Assembly: GCA_965203315.1 (NCBI GenBank)
Contig: OZ241857.1
Location: 480,001 to 544,000, forward strand
Source: Nitrosopumilus sp.
GTDB lineage: Archaea > Thermoproteota > Nitrososphaeria > Nitrososphaerales > Nitrosopumilaceae
Length of the DNA stretch: 64,000 bases
Direction of reading: 5' to 3'
Of the stretch, positions 18,541 through 28,670 are shown piece after piece (the stretch's first letter is position 1; every line of letters starts with the position of its first letter). The notes beneath the pieces are model-generated. The model saw only the letters and a list, made by a program, of their open reading frames with translations. It was not told the DNA's origin and made no database searches. The translations under genes were made by a program, and so were the position numbers.

Positions 18541-20285
18541 TGTCTGTTATGATAGAGCGATATGAAAAAACTGCAAATATAGTAAACAACATCAAAGGTA
18601 CCAAGTTTACTCTACTGTGCGGTGATGGTAGAGATATCTTGTGGAAGAATAGCGAGATCATGATAACTGACAAAGATACACTGACCAATCTAGAGCACTC
18701 ACTAGCTCACATCATGTATGATTCTAGAGCACCAACAAACAGTACAATCATCGAGATAACAAAGACAGATCAAGGACATGATGGCTCGGCATTCTTTAAG
18801 GAGATATTCTATACACTAGAAGCAGAGCGAGTCGAGAGTAATTGGGGTGAGATATACTATGGTTCACATCAAGAGTTTGAACGACAGAGAAGTGAACGTG
18901 GTACAATGGATAGTGGTGAACTCGATCCAATGCGTGCAATACAGTTTGCTAGAAACGGTAGTATCGGCAAACTAGAGGGTACACAGTACGAGCAAGCCAT
19001 ACAATACATCAATACTGTACACGGTATGGACAGCAAGGTATCACTCAAGCTTGCCATAGAATACTATGAAAAATATGTCAAGGATTGGCTAGATGTACAA
19101 ATATCAAAGATACGAGAAGAGCATTTAGAGAAACTCGTACAGAGAATAAAAGATCACTTTGAAGAACAGATAGAGGAACAAAAGAGAGAGCTAGATAGAA
19201 CTGGAGATAAAAATGTACGGAAACGCATAAACGAGTTGTACAAAGACATGAGCAATACAATAGAGAACAAGACCATACATGACATACGCATATCTAGCTG
19301 GGATGTAGAAAATATCTTGAAAGACTATTCGACGAGAACACGTCAGGAATGTCATGAGAATAGTCCTAAAAAGTTGTCCAAGAGTACTGTACAAAGTATT
19401 CAAAAGAGAGATATGGACTCTTTGGTCAAACAAGGCAAGAAAGCAACTGCAAAGATCAATAGTAAGATCAAAGAGATCAATCGTCCTGTACAACCCAAAC
19501 TTGCAAACCTTGCAGAAAAGATACATGTCTCGAATAGACCTGAAGAAGAATATACCATAGATTATGAGACATCATACAGATTGCGCAAGTTGATCAACGA
19601 GGTTAAAGCAAGTCGTACACAAGTATACGACATGCAAGGAAATATGATAGATGTTGATGAGTATATCCAAGATATCATCAATACCAAACAAGGTATCTAT
19701 TGGGAAGACGAAGAACCTAGTAAGGGACTAGCTATTGTAATTGGCATAGATTGTTCAGGTTCTATGCCAGATGGTGCAATGCAGGCTTGTCGAGACATGT
19801 GTGCTACAATACTATACGCAACCCAGCGACTCAAAGATGTAGCAATAACATTTGTACCATGGAGTACAAGTAACAGTCGACACGATTTGTACGCCAACGA
19901 GTTTACGACACTAGACGAGATCAAATGCATATCAAAGAACTATGAGCCACAAAATGCCAATGATCTAGCACATCAATATCTAGACAGAGTCATCGCGAAG
20001 AGCAATGCCGTAAATAAAGTCATCATAATGATGACTGATGGTGAACCATACTGTCATGGAATAGATCCAAATGTGCTCTTTGCAAATACTGTAGAAGCAA
20101 TAAGACAGAGTAAGTTGAGAGGCAATCTAGTGTATGGCGTATTTCTGAACTTTGGCGCCAACGAAGATAGGGCAAAAAAGATGGCAGGCATGTATCGTAG
20201 TAACTTTGTATCGTGCAATACAATGAACGATGCAAGCAAGGCTGTCATCGAACTGACCCAGAATCACATCTTGAGAGCTATCTAG
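18540..20285 (+). CDS. vWA-domain partner of the MoxR ATPase
   Basis: MIDAS DCSGS...MTDGEP; N-terminal LEHSLAH/EAERVE metallopeptidase-like segment. Confidence 0.88.
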   Translation: MSVMIERYEKTANIVNNIKGTKFTLLCGDGRDILWKNSEIMITDKDTLTNLEHSLAHIMYDSRAPTNSTIIEITKTDQGHDGSAFFKEIFYTLEAERVESNWGEIYYGSHQEFERQRSERGTMDSGELDPMRAIQFARNGSIGKLEGTQYEQAIQYINTVHGMDSKVSLKLAIEYYEKYVKDWLDVQISKIREEHLEKLVQRIKDHFEEQIEEQKRELDRTGDKNVRKRINELYKDMSNTIENKTIHDIRISSWDVENILKDYSTRTRQECHENSPKKLSKSTVQSIQKRDMDSLVKQGKKATAKINSKIKEINRPVQPKLANLAEKIHVSNRPEEEYTIDYETSYRLRKLINEVKASRTQVYDMQGNMIDVDEYIQDIINTKQGIYWEDEEPSKGLAIVIGIDCSGSMPDGAMQACRDMCATILYATQRLKDVAITFVPWSTSNSRHDLYANEFTTLDEIKCISKNYEPQNANDLAHQYLDRVIAKSNAVNKVIIMMTDGEPYCHGIDPNVLFANTVEAIRQSKLRGNLVYGVFLNFGANEDRAKKMAGMYRSNFVSCNTMNDASKAVIELTQNHILRAI

Positions 20286-20308
20286 AATATACGAGTACGA
20301 GATCAGGA

Positions 20309-20430
20309 TAGACCAAAAGGACTAGCACGCCAAAGTGCAGAGCCGTTATCTCTTACGCAATCAATATCTCATTTGAGACCATGGCTCGATGGGATTGCGT
20401 ATGTGGAGATTCTCACAAGGAGGTGAAAGT
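20309..20430 (+). repeat. Dispersed intergenic repeat / leader copy 12 (divergent)
   Basis: Short inner arm; hairpin ccat-ggctcg-atgg replaces ctgc-tgctcg-gcag. Confidence 0.85.
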
Positions 20431-20826
20431 ATGAGAATAAGAAAGAGCATCTCAAACAAGATACAATCCTTTAGCGAGTCTATTGCTAAAGAGACTGTAT
20501 ACAGGATCGTAATGTTTGCAGGAATAGCTCTAACTGGATATGGGATTTATCTACAAGACATAGCAATAATCATATCTGGATCAGCTTTAATAGCTGCAAG
20601 TGTCATAGGTATAGTAATGTCTATGCAGACCAACAAGATTGCAGGTAATCTTTACAATCGAATTGACAAACAAACTGCACTCTTGGAATCAAGCCTCAAC
20701 AAGATGGTTGCTGTACTAGAACGAATGGACAAGAAACTGGACAAATTAGACACAATAGATACAAAGCTGGACAAATTAGACACAATAGATACAAAGCTGG
20801 ACAATATAGACAAGAAAATGGACTAG
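20431..20826 (+). CDS. 2TM + coiled-coil paralog
   Basis: First ~70 aa near-identical to 13078; LDKLDTIDTK repeats. Confidence 0.85.
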   Translation: MRIRKSISNKIQSFSESIAKETVYRIVMFAGIALTGYGIYLQDIAIIISGSALIAASVIGIVMSMQTNKIAGNLYNRIDKQTALLESSLNKMVAVLERMDKKLDKLDTIDTKLDKLDTIDTKLDNIDKKMD

Positions 20827-20953
20827 CACGCCAAAGTGTAGAGCCGTTATCTCTTGCACAATCAATATTCTGTGTACAGTATACCATACTGTACAACAGG
20901 ACTGCTGCTCGGCAGGATTACATGCGAAGAGATTCTTACAGGAGGTAAGAGAT
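20821..20953 (+). repeat. Dispersed intergenic repeat / leader copy 13
   Basis: gactagcacgccaaagtg...ctgc-tgctcg-gcag...GGAGG. Confidence 0.9.
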
Positions 20954-21343
20954 ATGGAAGCAATAACACAGCTACGCCCTAGTGGAGCAAAAAATAATGA
21001 TTGTACTCTAAGATCAAGTTTTCGGCTTGATCGTATACGCAAGCGTGCAATTAGTTATCTGACCCAGTCAGGTAAGAAGGATCAAGTAGCAAATGTACCA
21101 CGTGAATACCCTACACAACAGAGTCAATTACGTGGACTTGATCTGGTAGTACGAGGTAACATACTACGATCACATCTAAACGATGTGTTTGAGAATGTTT
21201 ACGTCAAGACTATCCGCAGAACAACTCCCCATACTATCAAAGTCGAACACGACCTACTAGATGACAGTATGCTGAGAGATATCTGCAAACTGTATGAAGA
21301 CTCGGACTTGCAAGTCGACATACGCAAAGTCTCGCGCTGGTAA
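20954..21343 (+). CDS. Hypothetical protein
   Basis: RBS supplied by the repeat; 129 aa. Confidence 0.7.
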   Translation: MEAITQLRPSGAKNNDCTLRSSFRLDRIRKRAISYLTQSGKKDQVANVPREYPTQQSQLRGLDLVVRGNILRSHLNDVFENVYVKTIRRTTPHTIKVEHDLLDDSMLRDICKLYEDSDLQVDIRKVSRW

Positions 21344-21469
21344 AAGCATGTACGAGAATAGTATCTCGCATGAGGTACTATTCTTGCAAGACTTTGTTTA
21401 ATACATCTAGGTATAATGCTTATCTAATTTGCATGGCTTTACTAGACATATTTGATATATTGATACTAT

Positions 21470-21610
21470 AGACTGTATGCGTATTTCTTATGGCTCATGT
21501 ATATTTTGAGGCACTGTAAAGCGTACATGGTATTTCTAGAGGCGAATTCATCAATTGTCACCATATTTGATAATGTGGGAAAGACGCTCTCAATAATACG
21601 CATACAGTCT
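21470..21610. mobile_element. MITE (family 1)
   Basis: TIR agactgtatgcgtatt. Confidence 0.85.
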
Positions 21611-21737
21611 TATATATGCACAGAAAAGTAAAACTCTTTTTTGGTAAAAACACACCATCACTTTCGACACATCATAAAGCATTTAAGATACATGTGTGCA
21701 ACTATGCATGTTGTTACAACAAAAGATCATCGAGGAT

Positions 21738-22807
21738 ATGTCAAGATCCCACAAACGTCAGAATGGTATATTTTATACAGCAAATAATCCATTTAAACTA
21801 GTACCATTCAAGAGATGGGCAAAGAAAGTATGTCTAACCGAGAATGCAATATTAGAACCATTTGCAGGAGCAAATAATATAATCAGGATGTTACAGCAAG
21901 AGAATCTATGCAACGATTTTCGTTCCTATGATGTTGAACCGAAGGATAAACTAGTTGAAAAGAGAGACACACTATATAATTTTCCTGTAGGATATAACGT
22001 ATGTATTACCAACCCTCCGTGGTTAACTAATTATTCGGCAAGACGAAATAATATATTTTTTCCTAAAATTGAGTACGATAACATATACAAGCATTGTTTG
22101 AAACTTGCGTTAAAAAACTGCGAAAATGTTTGTTTCATTATTCCTGCCACCTATTTGAGAACTGGTCTTTTTTTTTGATAGATTGAATAGTGTCATCTTT
22201 ATAAACAATAGAATGTTTATGGACACGGACAATCCTGTATGTTTGGCATTGTTTACACAAAAAAGTAACAGAATTAACATCTATAATGATAATACATTTA
22301 TTGGAACTTTTAAATATTTACACTCACTAGTGTCTAGTAAAAATCATAGTAATAAAAAAATTATATTTAATCATCCAAACGGTAAATTAGGCCTTATTGC
22401 ATTTGATAATACTAGAGCACCATCAATAAGGTTTTGTAGAGGCGACGAAATTAAACGGGCCATAAAACATAGTGACCGATTGATTACTAGAATTGATGGT
22501 GATTTCAAATGTAACGATACTATAATTAATAGATTAAATTTTGAGTTGAATAGAATTCGTAGGGAAACCCATGATGTATTCTTTGCTCCATTTAAAGGGT
22601 TACGTAAGGATGGTAAATATATAGTCGTGAACATAATAATTTTCTTAATGTTCAGTATCACAATTTGGTGTTATATGTTCTGCCAGAGGTAAATTCCGTC
22701 TATGACCCCACATGTGCGAGAGTAAACAAGAAAACAATTCCGTTCGTGACTATAGAAGACGAATAGATTATGAATTTGTGAGGAGATTGATAAATGAATA
22801 TACCTGA
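21738..22807 (+). pseudogene. Amino-DNA methyltransferase, frameshifted at a T9 tract and interrupted by a MITE
   Basis: EPFAG and NPPW motifs; T9 at 22168-22176; removing 22621-22753 restores ...KYRRRIDYEFVRRLINEYT*. Confidence 0.8.
22621..22753. mobile_element. MITE, about 133 bp (family 2)
   Basis: Imperfect TIR atagtcgtgaac/gttcgtgactat in a TA context; same end recurs at about 57544-57568. Confidence 0.7.
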
Positions 22808-23807
22808 CTTTGAAGGTGAACGTCATAAGCAACGAATAAAAAATTGGGAACAAAATGTAATATCAAAAACACAAATAAAGACTTTTTGTAAAAATACAGG
22901 AAAAGATTATGATGCAGTAATGAAGAAAATTGATGCAGATATGGATTTTAGATGGTTTTTTGTGATAGATCCCATAAGACAGAACATACATGAAAAAACA
23001 TTTGGAATGTTTATACGAAAAATTAAAAATACAAAAAACATAAAAAAATTTTGGCGATTGCTCATTTCGAGCCCCTAAGCGTGTATTGCATCAATAAATC
23101 AAACAGATCGCACTCTCGGTTCTTGCATCACCACTCCCTCTCTTTGAGATACAGTAAGAATTTCTTTGAGCTCACCCCACGATGCTTCACCATGTTTAAT
23201 TTTGTAAAGCCCCAGAACCCTTCCATTCCGTTGATGTGCACTTCGTCCCTAGCAAAGATATTCTGGTGATCAACTGATTCTCGCTGGTATCCATCAAAGA
23301 CCCGTGCATCATACACGTCATTTCCCACCTTAAGAAGAGATATCAAATATATCAAAACTTACATCTAAATTTGATCATATTTGGTTAGGGGCTCGAAATG
23401 AGCAATCGCCAAAATTTAATACATATGAAATGCAATTAATTAATGGTGCTGTGGTAAAAAAGTCTGATCTAGAAAAAATGGATTCTGATATAGTGCCCTC
23501 TTGTAAGAGTATTGACTTTTATCTAAAATGTAATAATAAAGATGTTTACATTTATCACAAATATACTAAAATCGGTGGTGGACATCAAGATAATCAATAT
23601 GATGACTTGAAACAATTCATTATGGCTGCAAACAGTTCCACAAATCGTAATATCATCTTCATCGCAGTGGCTGATGGTAATTTTTACAATTCCAAAAATG
23701 GTAAAGCAAACACCACTAAAATTCAAAGACTCAAAGATATCGCTAACGGGAAAACAACATTTGCAATGACAAGTAAAGAGTTACCTAACTTTTTAGAGAC
23801 GCTATGA
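22794..23807 (+). pseudogene. Putative Type II restriction endonuclease split by an IS1595 remnant
   Basis: Removing the insertion fuses ..KKF|NTYEMQL.. in frame; SIDF..YHKYT..GGHQDNQ nuclease-like motif; adjacent to the MTase. Confidence 0.7.
23053..23410 (-). mobile_element. Internally deleted IS1595-family element
   Basis: TIR ggcgattgctcatttcgagcccctaa; aaaattt duplication; HINGMEGFWG..K..HRGVS..YLKE remnant. Confidence 0.88.
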
Positions 23808-23908
23808 CCACGCATCACAAATATGATTACAAGTTTTTACATTTGGAGAGCAATCTGTTTATGAGGTAATTCTTAGGGAATGGCTACTATTGTTTGAGAT
23901 ATAACATA

Positions 23909-24825
23909 TAGTGTTCGGAAAAAGTAATTTTATGGTCAAATTTTCTTGACATTGTATTGTATTACTCAATTTCTGTACAGAATATCATGGTTCAGAAATA
24001 TGAGGATCTCTTTCAGGCCTGCAGAAGCAGTGAATACAAACAAATACGTGATAGGATCGTAGCTGTAAAGATGGTTTTGGTTCACAAACACACAAAAGTA
24101 CATGTGGCAGAAATCTTTGGAGTTAGCGAACCAACAATTTACATTTGGATCAACAAGTACAACAAAGACGGAATCACAGGTCTGAAAGACCAACCTCTTC
24201 TGGAAGACCACCAAAAGTATCAGACGAAATACTTGAAAAATTGATTGATGAACAAAAGCCTACATTTCCATTAGAGATGAAAAGCATAGTCAAAGAAAAG
24301 ACAGGTGTAGAGTATCATGGAGATAGTTTACGGTACAGGATGAGAAAGCTTGATCGGTCTTCCAAAGTTGCTCAAATATATTATGCGCATCGAGCTACAA
24401 CCAGAGAGATAAAGAAAGTACAAAGAGCACGTTCTAAAGAGATTTCACGTCTAAGAAAACGTGGTTACATTATATTTTCTATGGATCAGTCAACAACAAG
24501 TCGCGCAACTCTCAAAGGCAGAGTATTTTGGGCAGAACGAGGAGTAGAAATATTTGTGCCCACTACGAACTCTGGCAAAAAAATAGTAATCTTTGGAGCA
24601 ATAGGGGAGAATGGAGAACAATACTTTGAACTACATGAGAGAGCAAATAACCAAACAATGATGAAATTCATGGACGGTTTTATTAAGCGACACAAAAAAT
24701 CAGGTTGGATATTAGATCAGGCGCCGTGGCATACATCACCAAAAATTATAGCACATGCCAAAAAAATAGGTCTCGAGTTGCTGTTTTGTCAACAGCAGTA
24801 CCAGAACTTAATGCAATCGAAGAGT
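23909..24825 (+). mobile_element. IS630-family element, frameshifted and 3'-truncated
   Basis: HTH ORF 23957-24244, DDE ORF 24145 onward (MDQS, LDQAPWH); near-identical to 30200-31189. Confidence 0.88.
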
Positions 24826-25008
24826 GGTTCTTTTAACTTAACGGGGGGGGGGGTCGATGGTTTTCACGCAATATTCTCTAAAAATTTTACAAGTTATGAA
24901 AAATGGTTAGATTGCCCATTGCAGATTATTAATGTTTTAAATTGCATACAGGACGTTTCTTGAAATACATGCATCTTAATCTTAATCCCCCGATAAGTTA
25001 AAAGAACC
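24826..25008. mobile_element. MITE, 183 bp (family 3)
   Basis: TIR ggttcttttaactta-cggggg. Confidence 0.8.
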
Positions 25009-25219
25009 GTACCGAGTGTCGGGGTTGGTCTGGGATCTGACGCTGAATGTGTCTCGATCTATTTGGGAATAATGTCCTTCTGTGCTCTTGATCTCGATTG
25101 ATTTTTGAGTTCTTGCATTCATTGCGGGGACGAAGCGTTGTTTTTCAATATAAAGAGTTGGGAGATGCTGTTGTTTGTGTGGTTACTAACTATTCATATC
25201 GACCGTGATCTAGTATATA

Positions 25220-26499
25220 TACCAAAGTGCAAAAGTATTTTCCACGATTTGACAATAAATTACTCTAACCGAAACCTTTATCGATCAGATGTTTTTCTGT
25301 ATTTGTAATGGGCACACACTTTCAAGGATTAATGGAAGCGTTTCAAAAAGAAAAAGATGATACCAGTTTCTCAAAAAGAGCGTTGGCGGTAATACTAGTC
25401 AAAGTTAAAAAAATACCTATAGACGAAGTAGCAGAAATATTTGGTTGTGTACCAAAAACGATAAGGAACTGGTTAAATCGATACAAGGAAAGAGGCATCA
25501 ATGGCTTGAGAGATCGTCCAAAAACAGGTAGACCAAGAAAGATTTCCAAGTTGCAAATTTTAGCAATAGTTTTGCACATGCCCCAAAAACACCCAATCAT
25601 CATAAAACGAATTATCTATGATCTAACAAAAATCGAGTATTCTGTGTGGAGCATTAGAAGAGTATTACGTGAATTGAAGCTTACCCGAAAGAAGCCCAAG
25701 CCATATTACATAAATCGAGCTAGTGCAGAAGACACTCAAATATTTCAAGATAGAGTACTTTTAAAAATACAAAAAGCAAAAAGAAAAGGCATACCAGTAT
25801 TTGTTTGTGACGAAGTCCAAGCCAATTATGACGACAATTGTAACTATATGGTATGGGAGTTTAAATGGAAAGATGCACGTGTTCCATACGTAAACCAATA
25901 TGAAAGTGTCAGATACTTTGGAGCTCTTGATTCAGACGGCAATCTATTTACAATACAATATGAGGATAATTTTACAGCAGATATGTTTAGGATATGTTTG
26001 AACATGCTTTACGACAAATGCGGTAAATTTATGATAATAGCAGATGGAGCTAAAGCACATACTGCAAATAATGTCAAAGAGTTTTGTGAAAAGAAAGGAA
26101 TAGACCTAGAAATTCTTCCTGCTGGACGTCCAGAACTCAATGCAATAGAGACAATATGGTACATGGGGAAAAAGGAACACGTAAATGGCAAGTTTTATCC
26201 AGATCGTAGAGAATTAGTGTCAAAACTCAATGAATTTTTTAGTCAAAAATTCGATATTGACCTAGTAAAATACTTGAAAAGAAAGGTTGATGACTAGTAA
26301 ACAGTCGCAAATCGATCATAATATGGATATACAAGACAATTGCATGAACTTTAATAATTACAATCTCATCTTTCGTTTAAATTAACTAACTCTTTATCAA
26401 TTTCTTAGTTAAGTAATAGACAAACAGAGTGCTTGGAAACAAAATTTAGACCAATACGTTTTGGGACACAGTTTTGGAAAATACTTTTGCACTTTGGTA
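25220..26499 (+). mobile_element. IS630-family element, apparently intact
   Basis: TIR taccaaagtgcaaaagtattttcca flanked by TA. Confidence 0.9.
25308..26297 (+). CDS. IS630-family transposase
   Basis: HTH + GRPRK; CDE, ADGAKAH, PELNAIE. Confidence 0.92.
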   Translation: MGTHFQGLMEAFQKEKDDTSFSKRALAVILVKVKKIPIDEVAEIFGCVPKTIRNWLNRYKERGINGLRDRPKTGRPRKISKLQILAIVLHMPQKHPIIIKRIIYDLTKIEYSVWSIRRVLRELKLTRKKPKPYYINRASAEDTQIFQDRVLLKIQKAKRKGIPVFVCDEVQANYDDNCNYMVWEFKWKDARVPYVNQYESVRYFGALDSDGNLFTIQYEDNFTADMFRICLNMLYDKCGKFMIIADGAKAHTANNVKEFCEKKGIDLEILPAGRPELNAIETIWYMGKKEHVNGKFYPDRRELVSKLNEFFSQKFDIDLVKYLKRKVDD

Positions 26500-26524
26500 T
26501 ATCTGAGTCGAAATTTGAATAGAT

Positions 26525-27235
26525 ATGGACAATAAAGAAATTGAGATCATTGAGTTAAGATATCTTAATGAGATCAACTGGCACTTTACAAATGAAATGG
26601 ATAAAATCATTAAACTATTACAAACAAAAGATATCATAAAGGACCACTGGAAACATATATTCGATAGAAAAGACAAGAAAAGTCAGACAGGTGAAATGTC
26701 AAGAGGAGTAGAACGTGTATTTGGGGCATTTTTTCCAAATACATGGTTGCCAAACTCGACTCCTGTGGGTGCAGATTTCATGTTTGAGACAATCGATTCA
26801 ATAATACATGTTGATACAAAGACTGCTAAATTAGATAATGAAGTAGATCATAGAGGTAAGGTCGCTCTTAGTTTAAATCAAACCAGCTATTATCTAACTA
26901 TAGATGATAGAATTAGTGGTAATTTACCACAGTTTTATAATTTACCAAACAGCACAGTAAAGAAAAAACTAACAACAACGTATATGATTCATACTGTTTA
27001 TGATGAAAAAGATTATACTGTGTGTTGCATAGTACTGATTTGTGTTCCAAACGGTCAATTACATTCAGTGTATGGAGATGACATCATGGATAGAGGTAAA
27101 GCAAAAGATAATTCATTTAGATACAGGTATGGAGATCAAACATTTAGATTATTAAACGGACACATTCCTAGATACACAGTACCATTTTGTAAATCTAAAG
27201 AGATAAAACATAAAATCACATCTTTAAAACTGTAA
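26525..27235 (+). CDS. Putative Type II restriction endonuclease
   Basis: GADFMF..HVDTKT PD-(D/E)xK-like motif; convergent with the MTase. Confidence 0.7.
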   Translation: MDNKEIEIIELRYLNEINWHFTNEMDKIIKLLQTKDIIKDHWKHIFDRKDKKSQTGEMSRGVERVFGAFFPNTWLPNSTPVGADFMFETIDSIIHVDTKTAKLDNEVDHRGKVALSLNQTSYYLTIDDRISGNLPQFYNLPNSTVKKKLTTTYMIHTVYDEKDYTVCCIVLICVPNGQLHSVYGDDIMDRGKAKDNSFRYRYGDQTFRLLNGHIPRYTVPFCKSKEIKHKITSLKL

Positions 27236-28493
27236 CATCTTTACCAACTATTCTCTTAATTATATTAATGTATGTGGGATTTAATTCAATACCTATACTG
27301 TTGTTATGTAGTGATTGTGCTACTTTAAGTGTAGTTCCAGATCCACAGAATGGATCTAGTACAATTCCATTTTTAGGGCAACATGCTTTGATACACATCT
27401 CGGGTAATTTTTCAGGAAAAGGAGCAAAATGCTTCTCTTTAATTGATGATGTGGCCATCTCCCACACATCACTAGGATTCTTACCCTTTTCATGATGTCG
27501 AACTGTTTGCAATACATAATGTTGTTCGGTCATGATATTATCGTATTTCGTATTGCCTAATTCTAATATCTTTTTTAGTTTGTTCCATTGTATAGGATCA
27601 GGTAAAGAACTACCGCCATCATCTAATCGAAACCAATGCCCAGCTGTATGTGTGGTACCTAGTTTATAATCTATGTGTGGAATATCGACACCGATCTTTT
27701 TTCTCTGTGTACGAAGCATTTTAATAATTTCAATCTTTTCTTGTTTAGTAATGTGATGTTTACGTTGTAAAGAATAATATTCACCATTTATGTTTAGTCG
27801 ACCACCTGCACTTGCACCTACATTGATCGTTTGCTGACCCTTGAACTTACCATTATATTCTTTTGTGCGAATCATTTTTGAATATTTTTCAAAGTCTTTA
27901 ATAGATATTGTACGAGGTAGATAATCATTTAATGTTTTTTGTTGAGTTTTATGAGGTATACGTATTTTATCTAGATCAAAATAATAATCAGGCGTAGTAT
28001 AGTTATCAGTATCTTTCACAAACATGTAAATAACTTCATATGCATTAGTAAACCGATCTGTTATGGGACTTGGATTTGGATTTGTCTTATGCCAGATGAT
28101 CTTATTTCGTATTACGTATCCATTCTCAACCATCTTTATGGCTAGTCGCTCTGGGATCATCTGTAATGATTTACGATGGTATTTGTCACCTATGTTTAGA
28201 AAATATACCCCTGTATTCTTTAAGACCCGATACAATTCCATGTTTATTTCTAACAATTTTTCAATATATTCTTCTGGTGTGGATTCTTTTCCTAATTCAC
28301 CATTTGTTTGGTAGTCTCTTTGATTCCAATATGGTGGCGAGGTAACAGCCACATCAACTAACCCCGAGGGCATGTTTTGTAGTGCGTGTAATGCGTTTGT
28401 ATTCAATATGATTGGTGCATGTGTGTTGGAAAACAACTTGTTGATTGATAATTTGTTTATGGGCAATGAGTTTTTTAGTAATGTTTTTGTCAT
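27216..28493 (-). CDS. Beta-class N4-C/N6-A DNA methyltransferase with internal HTH-like insertion
   Basis: TSPPY, HFAPFP, VLDPFCGSGTT. Confidence 0.92.
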   Translation of the reverse strand: MTKTLLKNSLPINKLSINKLFSNTHAPIILNTNALHALQNMPSGLVDVAVTSPPYWNQRDYQTNGELGKESTPEEYIEKLLEINMELYRVLKNTGVYFLNIGDKYHRKSLQMIPERLAIKMVENGYVIRNKIIWHKTNPNPSPITDRFTNAYEVIYMFVKDTDNYTTPDYYFDLDKIRIPHKTQQKTLNDYLPRTISIKDFEKYSKMIRTKEYNGKFKGQQTINVGASAGGRLNINGEYYSLQRKHHITKQEKIEIIKMLRTQRKKIGVDIPHIDYKLGTTHTAGHWFRLDDGGSSLPDPIQWNKLKKILELGNTKYDNIMTEQHYVLQTVRHHEKGKNPSDVWEMATSSIKEKHFAPFPEKLPEMCIKACCPKNGIVLDPFCGSGTTLKVAQSLHNNSIGIELNPTYINIIKRIVGKDVTVLKM

Positions 28494-28496
28494 AAT

Positions 28497-28670
28497 TTAC
28501 ACCCGTTTTAAGAATCTGATTTGGATCTTAAACATATTATGATCTGGGACTAGATCCCATTCGATTTGATCACCTGCTAACAAATTAAACTGTTTAACTA
28601 TGTGTGATGGGATAGTGACCCGTAAAGAGTTACTTTTATTGGCATGTACTAGGTTTGTTTTTTCTCCCAT
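28497..28670 (-). CDS. AbrB/SpoVT-like regulator
   Basis: SLRVTIPSHIVKQFNLLAGDQIEW. Confidence 0.8.
   Translation of the reverse strand: MGEKTNLVHANKSNSLRVTIPSHIVKQFNLLAGDQIEWDLVPDHNMFKIQIRFLKRV

Noticed and set aside
5286-20826. Diversity-generating retroelement behind the paralog variation
   Set aside because: No reverse transcriptase and no adenine-specific TR/VR pattern; variation is repeat number and segment swapping
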